The position numbers and the translations under genes were made by a program. The notes under the pieces are model-generated. The model did not search any database, was not told the DNA's origin, and worked only from the letters and a program-made list of their open reading frames with translations. From a virus (taxonomy: Duplodnaviria > Caudoviricetes): a DNA stretch of 64,000 nt. Positions 42,567 to 51,394 of this stretch are shown here, piece after piece; position 1 is the stretch's first letter; the number at the start of each line of letters is the position of its first letter. The stretch lies in IMG/VR virus record IMGVR_UViG_3300021124_000001. One strand, 5' to 3'.

Positions 42567-43063
42567 TTAAGTTTAAAAAAATTGTTGACGGTGAATTCAC
42601 TATCTTTGAAGTTACTGGACTCCCAGGAGACACCATTCGTACCGAAGCTGAGTCTGATAGAGAACGAGATAAGCTGGCCGCATCTTGGTATTATGTGAAA
42701 GGCTTAACAAACACTTATAGAGAAGATGGTAGTTTGTTTGTCACAAGATATCCTGATACATTCTCTCGTGAGTTGGATGTCTTACCGAAAGGAAAATACA
42801 ATAACATCATAGAAGAAGAAATTCTGTATTACTGTATGAGTAGAACAGATAAGGCTCCATTAGACATAAACATCTTTCGCAAAAATAATGGCGAGACCTT
42901 TGATGTAGCAAAAGGTAACCACATATTCGTAGCATCAGGCCTAGTAACTATACATTCAAGTCGTGGTGATTTTGATGCTGCCGCTCCTGCAATTATAAAT
43001 GTCGAGAGTGAGGACGTTACAATCACTTCTCATTCAAAATCAGTTTCTTTTAGATTGAAATGA
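42563..43063 (+). CDS. Hypothetical beta-rich (cupin-like) protein
   Basis: IFVASG.VTI pattern; no metal ligands evident. Confidence 0.55.
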   Translation: MIKFKKIVDGEFTIFEVTGLPGDTIRTEAESDRERDKLAASWYYVKGLTNTYREDGSLFVTRYPDTFSRELDVLPKGKYNNIIEEEILYYCMSRTDKAPLDINIFRKNNGETFDVAKGNHIFVASGLVTIHSSRGDFDAAAPAIINVESEDVTITSHSKSVSFRLK

Positions 43064-43674
43064 TTTTAGAATATAATCCAAATAAGCCGAATTGGTACTA
43101 TTCATATGTTAATATACCAAATTTGGAAAAAATAAAAGAAGAACTTTTATTTGTAAGAGAGAACGTTAGCCCTAGTTCACTGACACAAATACACTATTCC
43201 GCCTATTTCACAAAAGATGTGGTTGATTATGTTCCCAATTTATATGAATATCTAAAGAGTGTTGGTTTACATGAAAAGTTGCATTATATTCTTTTTTCTG
43301 CTAAAAACGCACCAGGAACACCACTTCAAAAATCTAATATCCACATTGACCACATAGACAAAAGAATCACACACTCATTAAACATACCACTGCTTGATTG
43401 TGAAAATACACATACGGTTTGGTATAAGGGACAGGTAAGATTTTTAGTAGAAAAAGTTCTTAGTTCGGGTGTAAAACAGTTAAAGCACTATGCACTTTTA
43501 GATGAAGAATTGGCGACCGAGATGTGTAGAGTTGAAACGGTTCGTCCCATGTTAGTTAATACGTCCATTCCACACAGAGGAATACACAATTGTCCGACTC
43601 GTATATTATCGGGCATTAGATTTCTTCCCGACCTAACAGATGCCGAAGTTCAAAGGATTTGTAATGTCGATTGA
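43060..43674 (+). CDS. Fe(II)/2OG oxygenase-like protein, paralog 1
   Basis: HID..SLNIPL..NTSIPH..R. Confidence 0.75.
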   Translation: MILEYNPNKPNWYYSYVNIPNLEKIKEELLFVRENVSPSSLTQIHYSAYFTKDVVDYVPNLYEYLKSVGLHEKLHYILFSAKNAPGTPLQKSNIHIDHIDKRITHSLNIPLLDCENTHTVWYKGQVRFLVEKVLSSGVKQLKHYALLDEELATEMCRVETVRPMLVNTSIPHRGIHNCPTRILSGIRFLPDLTDAEVQRICNVD

Positions 43675-44299
43675 TTATGGAAATATTGTTACCGCAAAAA
43701 TGAAACTCGGTAAGTACCAACCTATTGACACACACTGGCGTTATAGTTACACCGATATACCAAATTTGAAAACTATCGAAAAAGAATTGATAACTCTGTT
43801 TAAGTCTGATGCTCCAAGAAAACAGTTTTCTCCTTTCTACGTGAATGTGTACAAGCAAGATGTAAAAAATTGCCCTAAACTTTTAGAATATATTGATGGC
43901 TTAGGGCTACTGCATAAGTTTATGCGAGTTTTATTTTCAATCTCTGGTGGCCTAGATATTAACACATCATTACCACATGCAGATTCGTTTGAACCAACAA
44001 TCGGAATCAGATACTCATTGAACATACCTCTGATTGATGCGGAAGATAGTTACACAGCCTTTTATGATAAAGAGATTGGTAGTGATGTTTATTATGGACC
44101 TGAAACTAGAACTGCATATGCACATACCATGGAAGGTTTAACAGAAATTGACAGGCTATATTACACTCAACCAGCAATATTGAATACATCTATTATGCAT
44201 GTTGGTAGAGCAACAAGTCTAGATAGACTTCTAGCCGGAATTAGGTTTACACCTGAGTTAACGTATGAAGAACTTTCTAGGTTTGGTGTCAAACTGTAA
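43664..44299 (+). CDS. Fe(II)/2OG oxygenase-like protein, paralog 2
   Basis: HAD..SLNIPL..NTSIMH..R. Confidence 0.75.
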   Translation: MSIDYGNIVTAKMKLGKYQPIDTHWRYSYTDIPNLKTIEKELITLFKSDAPRKQFSPFYVNVYKQDVKNCPKLLEYIDGLGLLHKFMRVLFSISGGLDINTSLPHADSFEPTIGIRYSLNIPLIDAEDSYTAFYDKEIGSDVYYGPETRTAYAHTMEGLTEIDRLYYTQPAILNTSIMHVGRATSLDRLLAGIRFTPELTYEELSRFGVKL

Positions 44300-44308
44300 G
44301 GATCAATC

Positions 44309-44908
44309 TTGACTTATACACCAGATTACCCTAGTTGGTACTACTCTTATTTGGATATACCAAACTTGGAACAAATTCAAAAAGAACTGATATATGTTTC
44401 TGAGAATTGTGTAGTCAGTCACAATGGAGAATTGTTTTACCAATACTATAGGCAAAATTTTATACAGTATACTCCAACATTGAATGAATATTTGAAACAA
44501 CTTGGTCTATATGATAAGTTACATAAATCTTTGTTTCCTATGCCAAATAAAGAACATACGATACATGTGGATGCATACGACAAACATATAAAATACTCAC
44601 TCAATATACCATTGCTAGACTACTCAGGAACTTACACTGCATGGTATGATGTTCCAGTTATATTCGCAGAACAAAAGAAAAGACCTGGCCAACTAAGTAA
44701 TGATTTACTTAGAGTTCCTGCGGTTGCAACAGACCAAAATGCGGAACCAACACACTTAGCAGAGATTACTGGACCGATGTTAATCAACACAACTATTCCA
44801 CACAGAAGAATTACCCTCAATAAGAAAAGACTTATGTGTACGTTAAAGTTTTGGCCCGAGTTAACACTTGAAGAAGTCAACAGACTTGGTGTAAAATTGG
44901 AAAAATAA
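44309..44908 (+). CDS. Fe(II)/2OG oxygenase-like protein, paralog 3
   Basis: HVD..SLNIPL..NTTIPH..R. Confidence 0.75.
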   Translation: MTYTPDYPSWYYSYLDIPNLEQIQKELIYVSENCVVSHNGELFYQYYRQNFIQYTPTLNEYLKQLGLYDKLHKSLFPMPNKEHTIHVDAYDKHIKYSLNIPLLDYSGTYTAWYDVPVIFAEQKKRPGQLSNDLLRVPAVATDQNAEPTHLAEITGPMLINTTIPHRRITLNKKRLMCTLKFWPELTLEEVNRLGVKLEK

Positions 44909-44909
44909 A

Positions 44910-45479
44910 ATGAAATATTGGAAACAAGTAGACATAGGTGATTTCACCAAATGGACAGAAAAAGTAAATAGTTACTTCAACACAGTTTATCACACAAGGC
45001 CAAGACACGAGTTGTTAAAAAATAACACATTTTGGAATCCAGTTTCACCAGAAGATATTGATTTATATTTTCCTGAGTTAGTTGAAAGCACAGCTCAATT
45101 TGGAGAAATCAATGAGGTGTCAATCCTATTGTTGTCGTGGGATTCCAGTACATTACACATAGATCATACGATAGGAAAAAACCAAGACAAGATGGCTAGA
45201 TTAAACATTCCTATATTAAATTGTGAAGGTTCTCATACTGCTTTCTTTGAATTGTCTCCTGAAGTCTTTAACACACACCAATCAACACAAGGTGGCAGTA
45301 AATTTTGGTCTTCCGAATTGAGAAACGCACTAACACCAGTTACGTCCGTAGAACTAATACAACCCACAATTCTCAGGACATCAACTCCACATACAGTTTT
45401 TTGTAAAACCAATAAATTTCCTAGAATATCCTTGACAGTCTCTTTTAAAGATGATATAGTAAGATTCCTAGATGAATGA
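44910..45479 (+). CDS. Fe(II)/2OG oxygenase-like protein, paralog 4
   Basis: HID..RLNIPI..TSTPH..RIS. Confidence 0.75.
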   Translation: MKYWKQVDIGDFTKWTEKVNSYFNTVYHTRPRHELLKNNTFWNPVSPEDIDLYFPELVESTAQFGEINEVSILLLSWDSSTLHIDHTIGKNQDKMARLNIPILNCEGSHTAFFELSPEVFNTHQSTQGGSKFWSSELRNALTPVTSVELIQPTILRTSTPHTVFCKTNKFPRISLTVSFKDDIVRFLDE

Positions 45480-45487
45480 TTTAAATT

Positions 45488-46141
45488 ATGTTTAATTATT
45501 GCCCACCTAAAGTCCTTGCCGACTTAAAATCGCAGACTTTTCCTGATGGCAGAAGATACTACACAACACCAGACGGTGTAAAACTTCCATCTGTTACAAC
45601 CGTTATTGGTGCAAAAGGTAAACAGGCCATCATGGAGTGGCGTAAACGTGTTGGCAATGAAGAAGCCAATCGAGTATCGAAGAAAGCATCATCCAGAGGT
45701 ACCAACGTACATACCTTGTGTGAACGTTATCTGAACAATGAACCGCTAGGGAAGATCATGCCTGATGCGTTGGAGTTGTTCCTACCACTAAAACCACACC
45801 TAAATCGCATCAACAACATTCATTACCAAGAATGTGCACTGTGGTCATTACAACTAGGCATGGCCGGACGTGTTGATTGTATTGCTGAATTTGATGGTGT
45901 CTTGTCTGTAATTGACTTCAAGACATCTAAGCGCATCAAGAAAAAGGAAGACATTGATTCCTACTTTGCACAATGTGTTGCATATGCTTGCATGTATGAA
46001 GAACTCATTGGACGTGGAATAGACCAAATAGTCATTATCATGGCTGTGGAGAACTCGGAACCTCTCGTTTTTATTGAAAAAACAGAGGATCACATAAATA
46101 CCTTATTGGAATACATCACTTTCTATAAAGAAAATGGTTGA
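45488..46141 (+). CDS. PD-(D/E)xK exonuclease (Cas4-like, T4-like phage core)
   Basis: PSVTT, RGT.VH, GRVD, IDFKTS, Q..AY. Confidence 0.88.
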   Translation: MFNYCPPKVLADLKSQTFPDGRRYYTTPDGVKLPSVTTVIGAKGKQAIMEWRKRVGNEEANRVSKKASSRGTNVHTLCERYLNNEPLGKIMPDALELFLPLKPHLNRINNIHYQECALWSLQLGMAGRVDCIAEFDGVLSVIDFKTSKRIKKKEDIDSYFAQCVAYACMYEELIGRGIDQIVIIMAVENSEPLVFIEKTEDHINTLLEYITFYKENG

Positions 46142-46172
46142 CAAACTCTCCAAGAAAGGATATAATATGTCC

Positions 46173-46466
46173 ATGAAATCGAAAATTTTAGGAATTGTTG
46201 TTCTTCTGATGGCAGGTTCTGCATCTGCACATTGGCACGGTGGTTGTTGCTACCGTTCTTATGGTGGATGGGTTGCACCAGCATTAATTGGTGGTGTTAT
46301 CGGTTATGAATTGTCACGTCCCAATGTGATAGTTCAACCACCTGTAGTAGTACAACAACCACAGATCATTACTGACCCAAATATGGTTGTCATTAATGGT
46401 GTATTGTATCGTAAAGAACACACCTTGATAAATGGTGTGATGCAAGAGGTACTTATTAAGCAATGA
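46173..46466 (+). CDS. Secreted/periplasmic small protein
   Basis: Signal peptide ending SASA; promoter TTGACA 46138, TATAAT 46161. Confidence 0.75.
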   Translation: MKSKILGIVVLLMAGSASAHWHGGCCYRSYGGWVAPALIGGVIGYELSRPNVIVQPPVVVQQPQIITDPNMVVINGVLYRKEHTLINGVMQEVLIKQ

Positions 46467-46594
46467 AAGTCAAAAAGTTAGTTCAAAAATTAAACCGGGC
46501 CGAGTTACAACATAACTTGGAAAAGGCTAAAAAGTTTTGGATGAAGTTATTGAAGAAGTCGCTTAAAGGTAAGCACACCGAATCGGTGCGCTAA
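46463..46594 (+). CDS. 43-aa basic peptide
   Basis: ATGA coupling and GAGG SD. Confidence 0.5.
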   Translation: MKVKKLVQKLNRAELQHNLEKAKKFWMKLLKKSLKGKHTESVR

Positions 46595-46597
46595 TAA

Positions 46598-46922
46598 TGA
46601 TAGTAAACTTGGTATAAGAAAAGTGTTCTGGACGTGGGTTCGACTCCCACCAGGTCCACCAAAGTATATTAGAGTCCGTAAATACCCTTCAGTGGGCTCA
46701 AGGAACGGTTTAGAAGATGTTGCAATACATCACATAGTATACTTTAATGGGCCTGCATTGGTTTCGACAGGGTAAAGAGTAAGATATTCAGGCTATCCGT
46801 CAGAGTTGACGTAAACACTAAATCAAAATAAATGCAAACGATGAAAAGTTCCGCATTGCTGCCTAATTAAAGGTTGCTAGGGTTTGCTCGTAGGTTTTCC
46901 TAGTAACAGAATAAGCCTACTA
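46598..46922 (+). ncRNA. ssrA: Circularly permuted (two-piece) tmRNA
   Basis: T-arm GTGGG-TTCGACT-CCCAC plus CAGGTCC-A-CCA (ends 46661) precedes GGGCCTG...GGTTTCGAC (46749); G3-U70 pair; tag ANDEKFRIAA* at 46834-46866; outer ends approximate. Confidence 0.93.
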
Positions 46923-46947
46923 CTATGTTTAACTTAAAGGAGTTTTA

Positions 46948-47490
46948 ATGAAAAAGATCGCAATCGCCACTTTGGCATTCGTAGCATTCGCAGCCTCAGC
47001 GGCTGATTTCGTGTCTATTGACGTAGACCAGGTTACAGATCGTGCTACCAAGCAAAAATCTGTTGCTGAATACGTCCGTGCAGGTAAAGAAATTGGTGGT
47101 ATTCAATTCGGCCTACAGTCACGTACAGCACGTTATGCTGACAATTCTGGCATGTACAATAGCCTTGAATTGACAGCAGGTAAAGCTGTTGGAGCATTTA
47201 CACCATTCGCTGGTGTAGGTTATGACAACGGTAAAAACGGCGCAGTTAATGGACAGTTTGAGTATGGGCTTGTTGGTGTTACCGCTGGTACACAAGTTGG
47301 TCCAGGTTTCTTGCTTGGTGGTGTAAAAACCCGTGTAAACTTCCATGCTGGTAATCCAAAGCAAACAGTTGAGTTCGCTTCTTATAGCGTTCCTGTTGCT
47401 TCTAAAGTTGCTTTGAATGTGGGTGTATCCCTTTCTCAGCAAACTATTCAGGAAAAAGCAATCGGTGCAGGTATCACTGTAGCTTTCTAA
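46948..47490 (+). CDS. Outer-membrane beta-barrel protein
   Basis: Signal peptide (ASA), alternating beta strands, C-terminal Phe. Confidence 0.8.
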   Translation: MKKIAIATLAFVAFAASAADFVSIDVDQVTDRATKQKSVAEYVRAGKEIGGIQFGLQSRTARYADNSGMYNSLELTAGKAVGAFTPFAGVGYDNGKNGAVNGQFEYGLVGVTAGTQVGPGFLLGGVKTRVNFHAGNPKQTVEFASYSVPVASKVALNVGVSLSQQTIQEKAIGAGITVAF

Positions 47491-47502
47491 GCTGAATGAG
47501 TT

Positions 47503-47536
47503 TTTTGGTGGTTCTCTAAAAACCACCATATTTTTT
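47503..47536 (+). terminator. Putative terminator
   Basis: TGGTGGTT...AACCACCA followed by T-tract. Confidence 0.6.
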
Positions 47537-47546
47537 AGGAAGATAC

Positions 47547-48110
47547 ATGAAAAGTAAACCAATACTTTTAACCATGGCATTCTCCGCTGTCGTTATATTC
47601 CTCTCAATGGTAAACGTAAACATTTACAATTTACCTTTCAAAGCGAGTTTCGATTCTCTCGATAAAGAGACACAAAAGCAAATCACTTGCCTCGCAGATA
47701 ACATGTACTTTGAAGCCGCTACTGAGCCACTTGATGGCCAGAAAGCCGTTGCTTTCGTTACGATTAACAGGCTTCAAACTGGGAATTATGCAAACGACAT
47801 ATGTGGAGTGGTGACCCAAAAAACTGGTAAGACTTGCCAGTTCTCGTGGTACTGTGAGAAGAAGATTACCGATAGACGCTTGACAGTACGTGACACCTCG
47901 TTATATAATGAGATTCGGGAGTTAGCAGTTAATATGGTTATCAACTTTGAACATCTTGAAGATGTCACTGGTGGTGCAACGTATTACCATGCTGATTATG
48001 TTCATCCCGGTTGGAAACTAGAAAAGGTAGACAAAATTGGAAGACACATCTTTTACCGAAACAGCAAAGACGAAATTGACCGAAACAAAGGAATCATACA
48101 GTATGAATAA
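47547..48110 (+). CDS. Cell-wall hydrolase (SleB/Hydrolase_2)
   Basis: CLA.NMYFEA, NR, ICGVV.Q, CQFSW, GATYYHA, IG.HIFY; N-terminal TM. Confidence 0.9.
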   Translation: MKSKPILLTMAFSAVVIFLSMVNVNIYNLPFKASFDSLDKETQKQITCLADNMYFEAATEPLDGQKAVAFVTINRLQTGNYANDICGVVTQKTGKTCQFSWYCEKKITDRRLTVRDTSLYNEIRELAVNMVINFEHLEDVTGGATYYHADYVHPGWKLEKVDKIGRHIFYRNSKDEIDRNKGIIQYE

Positions 48111-48318
48111 AGACTTTACTACAATTTGTGTTACTCTAATCATCACATTGTGTTCGATTGTGGCCGCATATACGATTTATAACATCAATGATCGTAACAA
48201 TATGGCAAAAAACATTGAATCTGCTATTCAACGAGGTATTGATCCTATCTCGGTTAAATGTGCATATGAAACGAATGCTAATGCCGTGTGCATTGCATAT
48301 TCAATGGGTAAAAAATAA
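48103..48318 (+). CDS. Small membrane-anchored protein
   Basis: N-terminal TM; GIDP..VKCAY. Confidence 0.65.
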   Translation: MNKDFTTICVTLIITLCSIVAAYTIYNINDRNNMAKNIESAIQRGIDPISVKCAYETNANAVCIAYSMGKK

Positions 48319-48542
48319 TGCCTACTAAAGATGAAATCCGTGAGTTCTCTTTGAAGATTGAGGAGATTGCCGATCTGTATAATGTTCATTGTATGGAAGC
48401 AATCGTCCAGTATTGTGAAGAATCGGGTATCGAGGTAGAAGTTGCCGCAACCTTGATTTCTTCACACCTCAAAGCACGTATCAAAGAAGAAGCTCAATCT
48501 GTTAATCTGATTAAAAAGTCGAGCCGGTTACCTATTGTATGA
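48318..48542 (+). CDS. 33: Late transcription co-activator gp33
   Basis: FS..IE, EAIV.YCEE..IE.E, LK..I..EA...N, RLPI; synteny with 59 and 32. Confidence 0.88.
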   Translation: MPTKDEIREFSLKIEEIADLYNVHCMEAIVQYCEESGIEVEVAATLISSHLKARIKEEAQSVNLIKKSSRLPIV

Positions 48543-49215
48543 TATAATATTCATCCGGTTTTCTTTTTAATTTGGAAGAAATATTGGACTTTGTACAATT
48601 CATAAATTCGGCCGCTGTTGTTACTGATTCAAATAATCCAAAAGGTGTCATTATTCTTTTTCTCTTTTTCGGTATAGGTTTGCCTTTTTTCGAATTTGAT
48701 AAATTCTGTTTATGGTGTTCTGAAAAAATCATCCCTTTTCTACCGTTTGAAATATTAGTTTTATGTTCCGAACTTTTTGGTCCTAACATTTTTTTGATAG
48801 AGTTCTCCGTGTGTTTAAAACCTAAATTGAAACCTTTCATTCCCTTATTCCACGGAGATTTGTTATAGTGGATACTATTCATACCTGAAATTTTATTTAA
48901 GGTTTCTTGTGTATGTTTATAATTCTCTACACCATCACCTCCATCGGTTTTATTTCTTAATATTCCTGTGCCTATGTCAATTCTACCATACCATCTTATC
49001 ATTCGGCGTTCCAAAGCTAGTGCTCCAACTTCAGTTAAATTGCATTCAACAATTATGACTCGTGATTTATCTTTTGGTGGCTTAATTTCTTTTTTAGATT
49101 TTAACCAAGCTCGTGTTTTTTGACCTTTTCCAAAATAATATGGTGTATTATCTGGACGTAGATATGCATAAACATAAGATCCGGGTGGTGTGTTGGTTTT
49201 GGAATAAATATCCAT
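48532..49215 (-). mobile_element. Free-standing GIY-YIG homing endonuclease with NUMOD3
   Basis: [24 protein letters not shown]; leader at 49216-49281. Confidence 0.88.
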
Positions 49216-49287
49216 GCTGACATTCCTTTACAATGTTAGAGTGGGTGCAAGCGGGAACTTGGCGACCCACACTTATTTATAATAGAT

Positions 49288-49893
49288 ATGACAGAAAATA
49301 CTGGTTTCGAAGCGTACAAACTTTATTCTGCAATGAAGTTGCACTTCACCTCTAAATCCTATGATTATTTCCGATATAACGGAAAAACTAATGTGTCACA
49401 GGATAACTTTTTAAAGAACAAAGCAAAATACCAATTCTACAAATTGTCCCGTAAGTATTCACTGGACGAATTGCGTAACTTTTATTTGGCCAACTTCATT
49501 TACGGTGATTCGACTTGGGTTGGTGAAATGACCGGACCAGAAGGTGAAGTTGCATATAAAAAGTGGCAAAAAACCAACCAGAGCTTGACCTATGTGTTTG
49601 AGAATGATATACTCGGTCTCATAGGAAATGATTCACCAGAACAGATGTTGATTGTCAAAGATGGTCAACATCCAATTCTTCTCCGTGAAGTGATGTCTGG
49701 TACAATCTCAATTGAAACGATGGTTATACTGAATGATATAATGAATTTCTTTCCCATGTGGAATAGAAAGATAAGTGATGATATTATTTGGCCCAATTGG
49801 CGCCTAAAAAGTGAAAAGTATACACCATTCGTTACCTATGATAAGGTAAAATTTAAAAACATTTTGAAAGAAGTGGTTACAGAACATGCATAA
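49288..49893 (+). CDS. 59: Helicase loader gp59
   Basis: YKLY.A.KLHF...YDYF.Y.GK, IS.ET. Confidence 0.9.
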   Translation: MTENTGFEAYKLYSAMKLHFTSKSYDYFRYNGKTNVSQDNFLKNKAKYQFYKLSRKYSLDELRNFYLANFIYGDSTWVGEMTGPEGEVAYKKWQKTNQSLTYVFENDILGLIGNDSPEQMLIVKDGQHPILLREVMSGTISIETMVILNDIMNFFPMWNRKISDDIIWPNWRLKSEKYTPFVTYDKVKFKNILKEVVTEHA

Positions 49894-50380
49894 GTTTAAG
49901 AAAATCTATTTGGACCTTGATGGTGTGATTGCCGACTTTGCAAAACGTTATAAAGAATTGCATAAGATTAGTCCAGAAGATGCAGACAAAAAGAAACAGT
50001 TTGGTAAATTCTTTGCTGAATTCATCAAGTCTGGCCAGTTTGCTACACTGGATATGATGCCAGACGCCAAGCAATTACTATCCTATCTCAACACCACAGG
50101 TGTTCCAGTAGAGATTCTTTCTTCTACTGCACGACAAGACAACCATGTAGCAATTTCTCGCCAAAAGACTATTTGGCTTGATCGGCATGGTATCAATTAT
50201 CCAGCTAACTTTGTACCAGGTAAAGCACTGAAATACAAGTTTGCTGATCCAGAATCCATTATCATTGATGACACTCAATCCGTTATCGATGATTGGAGAA
50301 AAGCAGGTGGAGTGGCAATTCATCACACAGATGCATTGACAACCATCGCCATGTTAAGTACACTCCTAGGGCGTACCTAA
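49886..50380 (+). CDS. HAD-family 5'(3')-deoxyribonucleotidase
   Basis: DLDGVIADF, ILSS, K..WL, IIDD. Confidence 0.88.
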   Translation: MHKFKKIYLDLDGVIADFAKRYKELHKISPEDADKKKQFGKFFAEFIKSGQFATLDMMPDAKQLLSYLNTTGVPVEILSSTARQDNHVAISRQKTIWLDRHGINYPANFVPGKALKYKFADPESIIIDDTQSVIDDWRKAGGVAIHHTDALTTIAMLSTLLGRT

Positions 50381-50451
50381 ATATGGATATATTATGTACA
50401 ATGTGGATAATCCGTTAATATTTTTTAATACTCCGTTTATAAAGGAAAATC

Positions 50452-51345
50452 ATGAGTTCATTTGCAAATCTTAAACGCCAATCTGGCAACCTCGACAAAC
50501 TATCTAAAGCCATTGAGCAACTCAATGCATCCTCAGCAGGTACTGACAGTAAAGAAAATTACTGGCGCCCTGAGGTAGATAAAGCAGGTAACGGTTCAGC
50601 CGTCATCCGTTTTCTCCCAACACCAGCAGTCGATGGTGATGACTCTCTCCCATGGGCAAAAGTATTCTCTCACGGCTTCCAAGGTCCTGGTGGCTGGCTG
50701 ATTGATAACTGCCTGACAACCAAGAACGAACAATGTCCTGTATGTGAACACAACAACAAATTGTGGAACTCTGGCATTGAGGCCAACAAGGAAATCGTTC
50801 GTAAGCAAAAGCGTAAACTGAACTACATTGCAAACGTGTATATCGTTTCTGATCCTAAGCATCCAGAGAATGAAGGACAAGTTAAATTGTTCAAGTTCGG
50901 TGCAAAGATTTTTGAGAAGATCACTGGTGCTATGAATCCAGCTTTTGAAGATGAAGTTGCAATCAACCCATTCGACTTGTGGACTGGTGCAAACTTCAAA
51001 CTGCGTATCACTAAGGTCGCAGGCTACCAGAACTATGACAAGTCTGAATTTGCATCACCATCGGCTTTGTCCGATGATGAAGACAAGTTGGAAAAGATTT
51101 GGAAGTCTGAATTGTCGTTGAAAGACTTGACAGCAGACAAAGAATTCAAGTCTTATGATGACCTGAAAGGTCGCCTTGAAAAGGTTCTCGGTCTGAATGG
51201 TGACACACCAGTTGCCAAGACTACTGTTGAAACCATCAAAGAACAGGCTCGTAAAGCACCTAAAGTAGATGCTGAAGATACTGGTTTTGTTGACCCAACA
51301 GAAGATGATGATTTGGCCTACTTCTCTAAGTTAGCAGAAGATTAA
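50452..51345 (+). CDS. 32: ssDNA-binding protein gp32
   Basis: DKAGNG.AVIRFLP, H.FQ, NC.TT...CPVC, NYDKS.F, acidic tail. Confidence 0.96.
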   Translation: MSSFANLKRQSGNLDKLSKAIEQLNASSAGTDSKENYWRPEVDKAGNGSAVIRFLPTPAVDGDDSLPWAKVFSHGFQGPGGWLIDNCLTTKNEQCPVCEHNNKLWNSGIEANKEIVRKQKRKLNYIANVYIVSDPKHPENEGQVKLFKFGAKIFEKITGAMNPAFEDEVAINPFDLWTGANFKLRITKVAGYQNYDKSEFASPSALSDDEDKLEKIWKSELSLKDLTADKEFKSYDDLKGRLEKVLGLNGDTPVAKTTVETIKEQARKAPKVDAEDTGFVDPTEDDDLAYFSKLAED

Positions 51346-51369
51346 ACCCTCTCGAATTCGATAGGTTAA

Positions 51370-51394
51370 GAACCCGCCTAGTGCGGGTTTTTTA
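51370..51394 (+). terminator. Rho-independent terminator between convergent genes
   Basis: AACCCGC-ctagt-GCGGGTT-TTTT. Confidence 0.85.

Noticed and set aside
45488-46141. Cas4 as a sign of a CRISPR system
   Set aside because: It is a solo PD-(D/E)xK exonuclease typical of T4-like phages, with no array or other cas genes.
46630-46661. Stand-alone tRNA gene
   Set aside because: There is no D-arm or anticodon arm upstream. The acceptor partner lies downstream at 46749, so this is the tmRNA acceptor piece.
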